A stretch of DNA of 64,000 nucleotides from Bacteroidales bacterium (GTDB lineage Bacteria > Bacteroidota > Bacteroidia > Bacteroidales > Paludibacteraceae). The stretch is from assembly GCA_015654525.1 (NCBI GenBank), contig JAATGT010000033.1, forward strand, positions 4,082 to 68,081, in the 5' to 3' direction. The notes beneath the pieces were generated by a model. The model searched no databases. It saw nothing but the letters and a program-made list of their open reading frames with translations, and was not told where the DNA came from. The translations under genes were made by a program, and so were the position numbers. Within the stretch, counting starts at the first letter, position 1; each line of letters begins with the position of its first letter. Positions 1-9,426 of the stretch are shown one piece after another.

Positions 1-1
1 A

Positions 2-601
2 AAAGGAAATTGCCACTCTCTGCCCTATTTGTATAAAATGATAATGGATGAACTCGGACAGCCGGCTTATTTATCACTTGCACCCAATCATATTTATATC
101 AAAGCTCAAAATAAACGTGTCGGTTGGTATAATATTGAGTTGACTTGTGGCGATTTTCCGACCGATGCTTGGCTAATGGCTTCGGGATATATTCATACCG
201 ATGCTTTGCGAAACGGAATTTACATGGATACACTTTCAACAAAACAATCTGTTTGTCTTTGTTTGGTCGATTTAGCGCAAGGTTATCAGGCTAAGTTTGG
301 TATTCAGGACGGTAGTTTCATTTTGAAGTGTTGCGAGACTGCGTTAACCCATTTCCCGAAGTACATTAATGCCATGCTTTTAAAAGCCGAAACGTTGACT
401 GCTTTGTACAAGCAATCTGATAAAGATTCGGAACAAGACAAAAAGTTGTTTGCTCAAATGAATGAAACTTATACAACCATTCACCAATTAGGTTATCGCA
501 AAATGCCACAGGGAATGTATCTCAACTGGCTGAAATCTTCAGGAACTCAGACAACCAATTACCGAATGAAATCATTGCTAAGAACTAAAACCGATAAGTA
601 G
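2..601 (+). CDS. Transglutaminase-like (SirB1/Transglut_core2-type) protein, 5' end outside window
   Basis: Frame is open from base 2 (KGNCHSLPYLYK...APNHIYIK...WYNIELT). This gives a Cys-His-Glu arrangement; clear paralogue of the next gene. Confidence 0.7.
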   Translation, partial: KGNCHSLPYLYKMIMDELGQPAYLSLAPNHIYIKAQNKRVGWYNIELTCGDFPTDAWLMASGYIHTDALRNGIYMDTLSTKQSVCLCLVDLAQGYQAKFGIQDGSFILKCCETALTHFPKYINAMLLKAETLTALYKQSDKDSEQDKKLFAQMNETYTTIHQLGYRKMPQGMYLNWLKSSGTQTTNYRMKSLLRTKTDK

Positions 602-604
602 AAA

Positions 605-1939
605 ATGTTTATGAGAAACTTCGTCTTATTTTCATTTCTGTTTTTGTCAGTTTGTGCAACTGCACAAACTTCAACAGCGATTCCAAATCCTAAATTACCA
701 ACAATCGGGATTCCTCAACCGAATATTCCCAATTCCTATTTGTATCAAAACCAAACACAGCAAAACGCACAACAGGTAAATCCATACAATCCTAACGAAG
801 TAACAAACACTAAAAAAAAGAACGAAGCTTTAATTCAGGAAGCCGCAGAATATGAGCGCAAATTAGACGGAAAAAGCCAAATTCAAGCAGACGTACACAT
901 GCTTGCTACGAAAGGATTCCCCTCACAATCATATCAGGACGGAACAGCAAACTATTACAAGGCTTTCGAGGAAATCAACAATATGTTACAAGGGAAACAA
1001 CCGCTTAATTTAGGAAGAGCCGTTTTCTTTGTCGAAAATGCGTATTACAATAACACGTTGAATTATGACGAATATCAAAACAATCTCAACGATCAAATCA
1101 AACTTTGTGATGAAAAAATAAGAGAGGACAAATTAGACCCGAGTAATAATCTTGTCAAAAACATGATGTTATTCCGCTTTATTTCAGACACATTGAAAAT
1201 AAAACCAAAAGGAACAGAACGAACAATTACGCACTTACCCATAAAATATGATTTGGATGACTACAAGTCAGAGAAGCATTTCGACAGTCATTTCGTTACC
1301 AAACTAATGCGAAGCGGAATTGGTCAGTGTTATTCCATGCCTTTGTATTATTTAGTACTTGCCGAGAAGATGGAAGCTAAAGCCTATTGGTCTTTTTCAC
1401 CCAAACATTCATTTGTAAAGATTCAAGATAAAAATGGTGTATGGTATAATCTTGAACTTACCTGTAATGCGGTGTTAAGCGATGCCCATTACATGAACAA
1501 CAGTTACATTAAAGCCGAAGCAATCCGAAACCGTCTATATCTTGAACCACTAGACAAACAAAATGCTATTGCTGAACTTCTGATAAGTATGGCAGGAGGT
1601 TATTATACAAAGTTTGGATTAGATGATTTTTATCTGCAATGTGGGAATACAGCCAGTAAATATCTGAAAAACGATTTAAATGCAATTCTCAACACGGCAG
1701 CTTATGAAACAAACCTTACTATGACTCTCGCTCATTTATTAGATGCTAAGAAACCCGAAGTGTTGAAACAAAAATCACCTGAAGCCTACAAACATTACGA
1801 AAAGATGCAAGCATTATACAAGCAAATTGACGACATGGGTTACGAAGAGCTACCGGAAGGTATTTATGCTAAATGGTTAGAACATATCAACAAGTTGAAA
1901 GCAAAAGAGGATAAACGGAAAACCATTTTGCATAATTAA
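605..1939 (+). CDS. Secreted transglutaminase-like protein
   Basis: Signal peptide, P/Q/N-rich linker, then GQCYSMPLYY...SPKHSFVK...WYNLELT matching the upstream paralogue. Confidence 0.7.
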   Translation: MFMRNFVLFSFLFLSVCATAQTSTAIPNPKLPTIGIPQPNIPNSYLYQNQTQQNAQQVNPYNPNEVTNTKKKNEALIQEAAEYERKLDGKSQIQADVHMLATKGFPSQSYQDGTANYYKAFEEINNMLQGKQPLNLGRAVFFVENAYYNNTLNYDEYQNNLNDQIKLCDEKIREDKLDPSNNLVKNMMLFRFISDTLKIKPKGTERTITHLPIKYDLDDYKSEKHFDSHFVTKLMRSGIGQCYSMPLYYLVLAEKMEAKAYWSFSPKHSFVKIQDKNGVWYNLELTCNAVLSDAHYMNNSYIKAEAIRNRLYLEPLDKQNAIAELLISMAGGYYTKFGLDDFYLQCGNTASKYLKNDLNAILNTAAYETNLTMTLAHLLDAKKPEVLKQKSPEAYKHYEKMQALYKQIDDMGYEELPEGIYAKWLEHINKLKAKEDKRKTILHN

Positions 1940-2063
1940 TACAAGTTTTTCAGTGTCTGAAATTATCCCGATATTCGGCATAATACTATCTGTTCTCAGT
2001 TTTATATTTTCTGTTTAAAACTTATTTTGTTTTATACATTATAATCTCTCTAACCTTTATGTC

Positions 2064-3077
2064 ATGTTGTTATCAGACAAAAATCAATTTTTACGCGAAA
2101 GCTTTCGGTTAAATGCCATGCTTTTGTTGAGATGCAACGGTAATTCTGCATTTATGAAACTTTCGGTGAATGAACTGTATCGGATTGCCGGTTGCATTAC
2201 CGGTGTCAGAGTAGATCAATGCGGCGAGAGTAAAGAAATTGTACAACCATCGTGGAAAGTGGATGATATGAAAACTTCTGGCTTTTATTTACTTGAAATG
2301 AAACGAATAGCTGTATTCCTACGGGGTATTTATAAAGCTGTTAATGCCAAATTAAGTGAAGTTACTTCACGCCCGGTGAGGATACTGTATGCAGGTTCGG
2401 GTCCTTATGGCGAACTGCTCACCCCCTTGCTGCATTTGTACAAAGCCAATGAGGTTTTGGTCGATTTTATCGAGATAAATCCGGTTCTATTGTTGAGTTT
2501 ACAGAAACTAATCGATGGATTAGAACTTAGGCAATACGTGGATGAGTTTTATTGTGCCGATGTTACTACCTTTACGGTTAGCAAGTCCTACGATATTGTC
2601 ATTTCCGAAACAATGCTGGCTTGTATAAAAAGAGAATCGCAGGTGGCTATGATGCAAAATCTGATTCCTCAACTGAGTAAAGACTGCATTTTCATTCCCG
2701 AAGAAATATCGATCAATGCGAGCCTTATCACTCCCTGGATACAGATGGAAAGTTTGTCATATTATCAAAATGAACAAGCTTTATTGGAACGATATCCGCT
2801 TGGAAATGTATTCAAACTTAGTAAATTAACCATGCAGAACTTGTCGGAGCCTAAAGTAGTGAAAATCCCCGATGAAATTGCCAGATTCCCGCTATTGAAA
2901 CTTTTTACTACGGTGAAGGTTTACAGAGATGAAGTGTTGATCGACAATGATTCAGGTATTACATTGCCTAAGCAGTATTATGATTTCAGAGAGAAAGCTG
3001 CCCGTGAGGTAGAATTTTGGTATACCGGGGGCGAAAATCCCCAAATCGAAAGCCGGATTGTAGAAAATAACAGATAA
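2064..3077 (+). CDS. Class I SAM-dependent methyltransferase, PRMT-like
   Basis: Motif I ILYAGSGPYG, acidic FIEIN, CADVT, DIVISETMLACIKRE, IFIPEEI. Confidence 0.75.
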   Translation: MLLSDKNQFLRESFRLNAMLLLRCNGNSAFMKLSVNELYRIAGCITGVRVDQCGESKEIVQPSWKVDDMKTSGFYLLEMKRIAVFLRGIYKAVNAKLSEVTSRPVRILYAGSGPYGELLTPLLHLYKANEVLVDFIEINPVLLLSLQKLIDGLELRQYVDEFYCADVTTFTVSKSYDIVISETMLACIKRESQVAMMQNLIPQLSKDCIFIPEEISINASLITPWIQMESLSYYQNEQALLERYPLGNVFKLSKLTMQNLSEPKVVKIPDEIARFPLLKLFTTVKVYRDEVLIDNDSGITLPKQYYDFREKAAREVEFWYTGGENPQIESRIVENNR

Positions 3078-3232
3078 CAAAGCCTGGAGAAGTCAGAGGC
3101 GTAATGGCTATATGGTATATTGCATGTTCTGCTATTCTTTTTTAGAGTTGAGCATGTGTATTTCATTACTTCCTGTTCATTGCGGACAATACCACGGAAT
3201 ATTGAGAGTATAATTTTGAATGAATTGAAAGA

Positions 3233-4273
3233 GTGAAAAAAACAATGATCCTATCCATCGATGGCGGTGGAATCAGAGGCATTCTTCCCGGTGTCATACT
3301 TGCTTATCTGGAAGAAGAACTTCAGAAAAAAACCAGGAATCCGGAAGTGCGGCTTTCCGATTATTTTGATTTGATAGCCGGAACCAGTACCGGTGGAATA
3401 CTTACCTGCATGTACATAACTCCCGATGAAAACGGGCGACCAAAATTCAGGGCTCAGGATGTGGTTGGCCTGTACCTGAAAAACGGACAAGAAATATTTT
3501 CCATTCCTTTTGCCCGTCGGCTTATCAATTGGTTTGGATTGTTCGAGGCGCGCTATCCGGTTCGGAATATTGAGAAGATTCTACGTGCTTATATGAAGGA
3601 TATCCGGCTCAGTCAGGCATTAAAACCTTGTTTGATTACTTCCTACGAAATTTTTCAGCGAAAAACGATCTTTTTCAATAAGCTCGATACTGCCAAAAGC
3701 GAAACCCGCGACTTTCTGTTGCGCGATATTGCCCGCTCCACCTCGGCAGCGCCTACTTATTTTAAACCGGCTCAGATTCATTCCACCTACGGTAATCCAC
3801 TTTATCTGGTAGATGGCGGCATGTTTGCTAATAACCCGTCGATGTGTGCGTATGCTGAAGCACGAACCATAAAATTCAGTGCCTTGCCCGAGTGCGCAGG
3901 CAAAGTCGATTATCCCACAGCTACCGAAATGGTACTTGTTTCCATCGGCACCGGTTCGCATGGAGATCCTTATTCTTACCGGAAAGCCAAACGGTGGGGT
4001 GTGGTAGGATGGCTTCGCCCGCTAATCGACATTCTGATGTCCGGCAACTCCGAAACGGTACATTATGAACTCAGTCAGATGTTTGGAGCCGTTGATCCTG
4101 CCAATCTGGCTAACTACTTCCGGCTGGAACCTACGGTGGGTACAGCCAGTAGCGCTATGGATCTGGCTACGCCCGAAAACATGTGTGCGCTGGAAGAAGC
4201 CGCCAAAACCTTTGTAAGCAATAATGTGAATCAGCTCAACAGAATAGTAGATTTACTAATTGAGAATAAATGA
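3233..4273 (+). CDS. Patatin-like phospholipase
   Basis: DGGGIRG oxyanion loop, GTSTG nucleophile, SAAPTYF, DGG catalytic Asp. Confidence 0.92.
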   Translation: MKKTMILSIDGGGIRGILPGVILAYLEEELQKKTRNPEVRLSDYFDLIAGTSTGGILTCMYITPDENGRPKFRAQDVVGLYLKNGQEIFSIPFARRLINWFGLFEARYPVRNIEKILRAYMKDIRLSQALKPCLITSYEIFQRKTIFFNKLDTAKSETRDFLLRDIARSTSAAPTYFKPAQIHSTYGNPLYLVDGGMFANNPSMCAYAEARTIKFSALPECAGKVDYPTATEMVLVSIGTGSHGDPYSYRKAKRWGVVGWLRPLIDILMSGNSETVHYELSQMFGAVDPANLANYFRLEPTVGTASSAMDLATPENMCALEEAAKTFVSNNVNQLNRIVDLLIENK

Positions 4274-4291
4274 CGAAATTAAACCGAATGA

Positions 4292-5542
4292 TTATTTGAT
4301 TGACAATCTCCGTAACACCGGATTTATCTTGGCTGTAGTGCCTACAACGATCAAGGTCATAATACCACCAAATGCCACCGAAGGAATCAAGCCCATCAGT
4401 TTAGCAGTCATTCCCGATTCGAAGGCTCCCAACTCGTTCGACGATCCGATAAAAATACTATTGACCGAAGCTACCCGTCCACGCATGTGTTCAGGAGTGT
4501 AAAGTTGTAGGATGGTACCCCGGATAACCACACTGACATTGTCGAATAATCCACTTAGCAGTAAAAGTAAAGCCGATAACCAGAAAATATGTGAAAAAGC
4601 GAAACCAATCATACACAATCCGAATGCTGATACGGCAAGCAACAAGGTTTTACCACTGTTTTTTACCGGGGGATGAAACATCAGGTAGAATGACATCATA
4701 ATAGCTCCCACAGCCGGACAAGCCCGTAGTAATCCAAGTCCTTCGGGGCCTACATGTAATACATCCGATGCGAAAACCGGAAGCATGGCTACTGCGCCTC
4801 CAAATAATACGGCAAACATGTCGAGCGAAAAAGCTCCCAATAATTCGGGTGATTTCATGACAAAACGGATACCTTCACGAATACGACTGAAAATATCTTC
4901 TCCTTCTGTTTGCACAGCTCTGACAATATGTTTTATCTGCACACGGCTGATCATATAAACCGAAATCAGGTAAATAGTCATAATGGAACAATAAGCCACA
5001 GTGATAGTCGAAAACCCATAAATCAAACCTCCCAGAGCCGGCCCCATTACAGCTCCGATTTGCCAGTTGGCACTACTCCAGGTAGCTGCATTGGCATAAT
5101 CTTTTTTCTCTACCAATTGGCCAATCAAAGCAGTATGGGCAGGCATTAGTATGCCTCGTGATAGTCCGGTAAGGAATATGGTGACAAAGATAGGCCATAT
5201 CCCCAAATGTTGATAAGAGTGGAAAGATTCAATGCTGTAAAGTGTCAGGATGGACGAACCGAGCAAAAGGATAAGTGTTGAGTTCCTGACTATTTTTTTT
5301 CTGTCCCACAAGTCAACATAATGTCCGGCAAAAAGAGAAATGGAAATTTGCGGAATTACTTCCACCAACCCGATCATACCTAACCATACAACGTTTTTAG
5401 TGAGAAAATACATATGCCAACTCACAATCACCGATTGCATGAGTGTAGCCATAGTCATAAAGAAACGATACCCGAGAAAATACCTGAAATTGCTATTCCG
5501 AACAGCTGTAAATGCGTCACTCTTAAATAATCTACCAAACAT
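4292..5542 (-). CDS. MFS transporter (EntS/DHA3-like)
   Basis: About 12 hydrophobic segments, AGHYVDLWDRKK motif A, PEHMRGRV. Start moved to ATG 5542 because a TAACTTTG -7 box lies at 5567-5574. Confidence 0.88.
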   Translation of the reverse strand: MFGRLFKSDAFTAVRNSNFRYFLGYRFFMTMATLMQSVIVSWHMYFLTKNVVWLGMIGLVEVIPQISISLFAGHYVDLWDRKKIVRNSTLILLLGSSILTLYSIESFHSYQHLGIWPIFVTIFLTGLSRGILMPAHTALIGQLVEKKDYANAATWSSANWQIGAVMGPALGGLIYGFSTITVAYCSIMTIYLISVYMISRVQIKHIVRAVQTEGEDIFSRIREGIRFVMKSPELLGAFSLDMFAVLFGGAVAMLPVFASDVLHVGPEGLGLLRACPAVGAIMMSFYLMFHPPVKNSGKTLLLAVSAFGLCMIGFAFSHIFWLSALLLLLSGLFDNVSVVIRGTILQLYTPEHMRGRVASVNSIFIGSSNELGAFESGMTAKLMGLIPSVAFGGIMTLIVVGTTAKINPVLRRLSIK

Positions 5543-5631
5543 AGTCACCCTTTTATTATACCGCTGCAAAGTTACAAAATATTATTTCGCTATTTTGATA
5601 TCGTTTATTGAAATCAAAAACAAGAGGGTAG

Positions 5632-6000
5632 CTAACTTTTCTCCATTCGTTTTTTCTCATGCATATTTCGGAAGAATCTATCAATAAACATAAGCAACAA
5701 TATCAGTAAGGCAATATATACACTGAATCCGAAAATAGTTTTGGATTGTGGACTGAAAAAAGATGCTGCTATGCGAAAGCTGAAATTGAATGACAGATGG
5801 CCTGTCAATAAATAGGTCGCCAGCAAAATCAAACTTATGGATACAGTCGAGATAAGTATATAAGATAATACCATACTCCTTTTTTTACGTGCTGCGGACA
5901 CCAGGTATATTTGGGTCATCATGCGGGCATTGAAATCTGTGGGAAGCTTCTCATCTTTTTGCGATTTCAGAACTTTTATCAGGGCTTTATCTTGTTTCAT
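5632..6000 (-). CDS. Putative membrane anti-sigma factor
   Basis: Overlaps the sigma stop codon (ATGA). Short LPTDFNARMM N-domain followed by 2 TM helices. Confidence 0.65.
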   Translation of the reverse strand: MKQDKALIKVLKSQKDEKLPTDFNARMMTQIYLVSAARKKRSMVLSYILISTVSISLILLATYLLTGHLSFNFSFRIAASFFSPQSKTIFGFSVYIALLILLLMFIDRFFRNMHEKKRMEKS

Positions 6001-6554
6001 AAGTTCTCACTATTCATTAATACGTATAATTTTTTTCTTACTCTAAACAGTTTCACTTTTACATTTTCCGGAGTCATTTCCAAAACGATAGCCAATTCGG
6101 CTACCGGCTTTTCTTCCATATAATAAAGTGTTATCAGGGCTTTTTCTTCGGCATTTAATTTTTCTATTGCCACTTCCAATCGTTGAAGCAGGTTTTCGTC
6201 ATCATCTTTGTCGAAAATAGTTTTCACCGCTTCGTCCGGCACATTTTCCAACACACTTTCGTCAATTATGGGGAAAATAATTTTCCGCTTTCGCACAAAT
6301 GAAATTGCTGTGTTATACCCAATCCGAAACAACCAGGTAGAGAAACTGCAATCGCCTTTAAAAGTATCTAGTTTCCGATATGCTTTCAAAAAAGTGTCCT
6401 GAGTCAGTTCTTCTGCATCTTCTTTTGTCGGGACAATCCGCAGAATCAACAAATAGATAGAATTACTGTAACGATTCAGGAAATACGAAAACAAATTCGT
6501 TTCTCCTGCATCCAGTATCCGCTTTATATAGTTTATTTCTTCCTGGTTATCCAT
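5997..6554 (-). CDS. ECF RNA polymerase sigma-70 factor
   Basis: Region 2 DAEELTQDTFLKAY...FSTWLFRIGYN; region 4 VKVKLFRVRKKL. Confidence 0.93.
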   Translation of the reverse strand: MDNQEEINYIKRILDAGETNLFSYFLNRYSNSIYLLILRIVPTKEDAEELTQDTFLKAYRKLDTFKGDCSFSTWLFRIGYNTAISFVRKRKIIFPIIDESVLENVPDEAVKTIFDKDDDENLLQRLEVAIEKLNAEEKALITLYYMEEKPVAELAIVLEMTPENVKVKLFRVRKKLYVLMNSENL

Positions 6555-6563
6555 CTGTTTTTA

Positions 6564-6591
6564 TAGACGCAATCGTTACAGTTTGGTTACA
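6564..6591 (-). promoter_or_regulatory. ECF-type promoter TGTAAC-N16-CGTCTA for the sigma/anti-sigma operon
   Basis: Reverse complement reads TGTAAC caaactgtaacgattg CGTCTA, ending 9 bp before the sigma ATG. Confidence 0.75.
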
Positions 6592-6625
6592 GATATTTCA
6601 AAAATAAAAAAAAGACAACAGCTTG

Positions 6626-6653
6626 TGTAACCAATTTCAGGTGGCAGCGTCAA
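6626..6653 (+). promoter_or_regulatory. ECF-type promoter TGTAAC-N16-CGTCAA for the DUF6249-like gene
   Basis: TGTAAC caatttcaggtggcag CGTCAA; same geometry as the divergent promoter. Confidence 0.75.
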
Positions 6654-6697
6654 ACAGTACAAAGAACGAAATTATTTATTTTAAAAACAAAAAAATT

Positions 6698-7111
6698 ATG
6701 ATGGACTTTATTATGGTTCCATTGGTTGTAGGAATTGTAACCCTTGGTATTTACAAATTGTTTGAATTATTTGTCCGCAAAAAAGAGCGGTTGACTATTA
6801 TTGAAAAAATCGGAGAGAAATTTGATCCTTCGATGATCGAAAACAAGTTTTCGTTTCCTTTTAAATTTGAAGGTTCAGGTACTTTTGGAACGCTGAAAAT
6901 TGCTTGTTTGTTGTTTGGCGTAGGGTTGGGTTTACTTATCGGGTATTTTATTTGTTATGGTACCTTGGCGGGCTTTACGTCAAGTAATTTTGATAACCGT
7001 GAGACAGCAGGAGTTATTTATGGTGCATGTGTATTGCTATTCGGTGGCTTGGGATTATTGATTGCTTTTATTACCGAAATGAAGTATTTGAAAAAGAAAA
7101 AAGAGGACTAA
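6698..7111 (+). CDS. DUF6249-like membrane protein
   Basis: TM-RKKERLTIIEK...LKIACLLFGVGLG...GGLGLL. Start moved to ATG 6698, downstream of the ECF promoter and after an A-rich initiation region. Confidence 0.7.
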   Translation: MMDFIMVPLVVGIVTLGIYKLFELFVRKKERLTIIEKIGEKFDPSMIENKFSFPFKFEGSGTFGTLKIACLLFGVGLGLLIGYFICYGTLAGFTSSNFDNRETAGVIYGACVLLFGGLGLLIAFITEMKYLKKKKED

Positions 7112-7129
7112 AAACAGCCATTTTCAGAA

Positions 7130-7173
7130 GAAAAAAAAGCCCGGAAACAGTGAAGTTTCCGAGCTTTTTTTTC
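7130..7173. terminator. Bidirectional intrinsic terminator
   Basis: A8-GCCCGGAAAC...GTTTCCGAGC-T8 between convergent genes. Confidence 0.85.
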
Positions 7174-7224
7174 TTTTTTCTCTATTCAGGGAGCAACTTG
7201 GAGTCACATTCCGAATAAGACAAT

Positions 7225-9426
7225 TTATTTCACCTGAATCGCTACACTGCTTTTCACCTCGGCGGAAGAGGCTGCATTGCGCAAAACAAATTCTCCCGGT
7301 TCCACCGTCCACGACATGTTTTTTTCGTTGTAGAAAGCCAAATCTTTTACCTTTACATCCACGGATACAGTTTGTGTTTCGCCGGCTTTAAGAAATACCT
7401 TTTTGAATGCTTTCAATTCTTTGGCAGGGCGAATAACCGATGCTTTAGGCTGCGATGCATATACCTGAACTGCTTCTGCACCATCTACCTTTCCTGTATT
7501 CTTCAATGTAAACGATACTTTGACCGTCTCGTCGGCCTTATACGTGGTTTTATCGGTCGTGATTTTACCGTATTCGAAAGTTGTATACGAGAGTCCGTAG
7601 CCGAAAGCAAACTGCGGAGCAATTTTCTTGGTATCGAACCAGCGGTATCCTACCAGAATATCTTCTTTGTAATATTCGTTGATGCTATCGCCGGGATAAG
7701 CTATCTTTCCGAACGAATGTGCGGCATTATCTTCCAGTTTCTTTGGGAAAGAGAACGGCAATTTACCCGAAGGATTTACCGCGCCGCTAAGCACATTGGC
7801 AATAGCATTTCCTCCTTCGGATCCCAGATACCATGTTTGTACAATGGCCGGAACATCCTTCACCCATGGCATAGAAACTGCATTGCCACTTATCAAAATT
7901 ATTGCTATATTTTTATTTACTTTCAAAATAGCATCAATCAGTTTATCCTGTCCGTAAGGTAAGCTATAATTCTTGCGATCACCACCTTCGGCATCCTGAA
8001 AATGATTTTTATTCAATCCGCCTACAAAATAGACTACATCGGCATTTTTAGCTGTTTCCACCGCTGCTTTTATCAATGAGTCGGCATTCAGTTTCGAAGG
8101 TTCTTCGCGATCGTACAACGACGGACCGGAAGCATAGCCCATGCTATAAGTAACATGTTCTTTTCCATATTTGGAAATAAATCCATCCAACGGAGAAACT
8201 TCGTATTTTACTTTTAATGTAGAAGAACCACCACCTTCGGTTACACTGCGTGTTGCATTCTCTCCAATAACGGCGATCCTTTGATATTTACCAACAGGAA
8301 CAGGGAAAAATTGTTTGTCATTTTTTAATAATACAATACCTTCTTCGGCTACTTTGCGGGCAGTTGCGCTGTGATCTTCACAAACAAAGCGACCGTAAGG
8401 GCGATTTGGAGTCATAGCAGTACGGAAAATCAACCGTAATACCCGACGGGCTTTATCATCCACAACTGACACAGGTACTTCTCCTTTTTTCAATAGATCA
8501 AGAAATGGTTTTGCCAGATAATAATCTTCATAACCAAATTTTGCTTTCGATGAAAGGCCGTTGGTATAACTTCCCATTTCAATATCCAGACCATTCAAGG
8601 CTGCTTGTTTGGTATCATATGCTCCGCCCCAGTCGGTTACTACAGCTCCATCGAACTGCCAGTCTGTTTTCAGAATTTTGTTTAGCAACAGATCATTATG
8701 GCAACAATGCTGTCCGCGCAATTGGTTGTAAGAACCCATAATCGACCAGACTTTTCCTTCTTCTACAGCTGCTTTGAAAGCCGGCAGATAGATTTCGTAT
8801 AATGCTCTGTCGCTTAGGTTCACGTTGATGTGCCCACGCCATTCTTCCTGATTATTTAAGGCAAAATGCTTTACACAGGCTGCCACACCATTTTGTTGCA
8901 CTCCTTTAATGTAAGGTACTACCATCACCGAAGCCAGATACGGATCTTCGCCCATGTATTCAAAGTTTCGACCGTTCATTGGTGTACGATAGATATTCAC
9001 ACCAGGCCCCAGCAAAATGTCTTTTCGGCGATAGCGGGCTTCTTCGCCAATAGCCACACCATAAGCATGTGACATTTCCGGATTAAATGTCGCAGCAAGA
9101 CAAGTTAATGCAGGATAAGCTGTACACGAATCATTGGTGAAACCGGCATTGCCCCATGAATCCCATTGAATTTCTTCGCGTACACCATGTGGTCCATCAC
9201 TCATCCATATTTCCGGAATTCCCAAACGGGGGACTCCATGTGAACTGAATTTAGACTGAGCATGGCACAATGCTACTTTTTCCTCAAGTGTCATGCGCGA
9301 TAAAGCATCTTCTACGCGTCTTTCAATAGGTTGCGAATTATCTAAATAAATTGGTTTCATGCTTTGCGCATTAGTTTGCAGTCCTGCCAGAAGAAGGCAA
9401 AATAAGGCTGTTTTTAATTTTTTCAT
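7225..9426 (-). CDS. GH3 beta-glucosidase
   Basis: DGPHG, GRNFEYMGEDP, KHF, VVTDWG nucleophile, FGYGLSYT, Fn3-like C-terminus, signal peptide. Confidence 0.92.
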   Translation of the reverse strand: MKKLKTALFCLLLAGLQTNAQSMKPIYLDNSQPIERRVEDALSRMTLEEKVALCHAQSKFSSHGVPRLGIPEIWMSDGPHGVREEIQWDSWGNAGFTNDSCTAYPALTCLAATFNPEMSHAYGVAIGEEARYRRKDILLGPGVNIYRTPMNGRNFEYMGEDPYLASVMVVPYIKGVQQNGVAACVKHFALNNQEEWRGHINVNLSDRALYEIYLPAFKAAVEEGKVWSIMGSYNQLRGQHCCHNDLLLNKILKTDWQFDGAVVTDWGGAYDTKQAALNGLDIEMGSYTNGLSSKAKFGYEDYYLAKPFLDLLKKGEVPVSVVDDKARRVLRLIFRTAMTPNRPYGRFVCEDHSATARKVAEEGIVLLKNDKQFFPVPVGKYQRIAVIGENATRSVTEGGGSSTLKVKYEVSPLDGFISKYGKEHVTYSMGYASGPSLYDREEPSKLNADSLIKAAVETAKNADVVYFVGGLNKNHFQDAEGGDRKNYSLPYGQDKLIDAILKVNKNIAIILISGNAVSMPWVKDVPAIVQTWYLGSEGGNAIANVLSGAVNPSGKLPFSFPKKLEDNAAHSFGKIAYPGDSINEYYKEDILVGYRWFDTKKIAPQFAFGYGLSYTTFEYGKITTDKTTYKADETVKVSFTLKNTGKVDGAEAVQVYASQPKASVIRPAKELKAFKKVFLKAGETQTVSVDVKVKDLAFYNEKNMSWTVEPGEFVLRNAASSAEVKSSVAIQVK

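Noticed and set aside
3233-4273. Patatin as a CBASS CapV effector
   Set aside because: No CD-NTase or Cap2/Cap3 neighbour is present.
6623-6697. TTG-started extension of the DUF6249-like ORF
   Set aside because: It overlaps the gene's own ECF promoter; ATG 6698 has a better initiation context.
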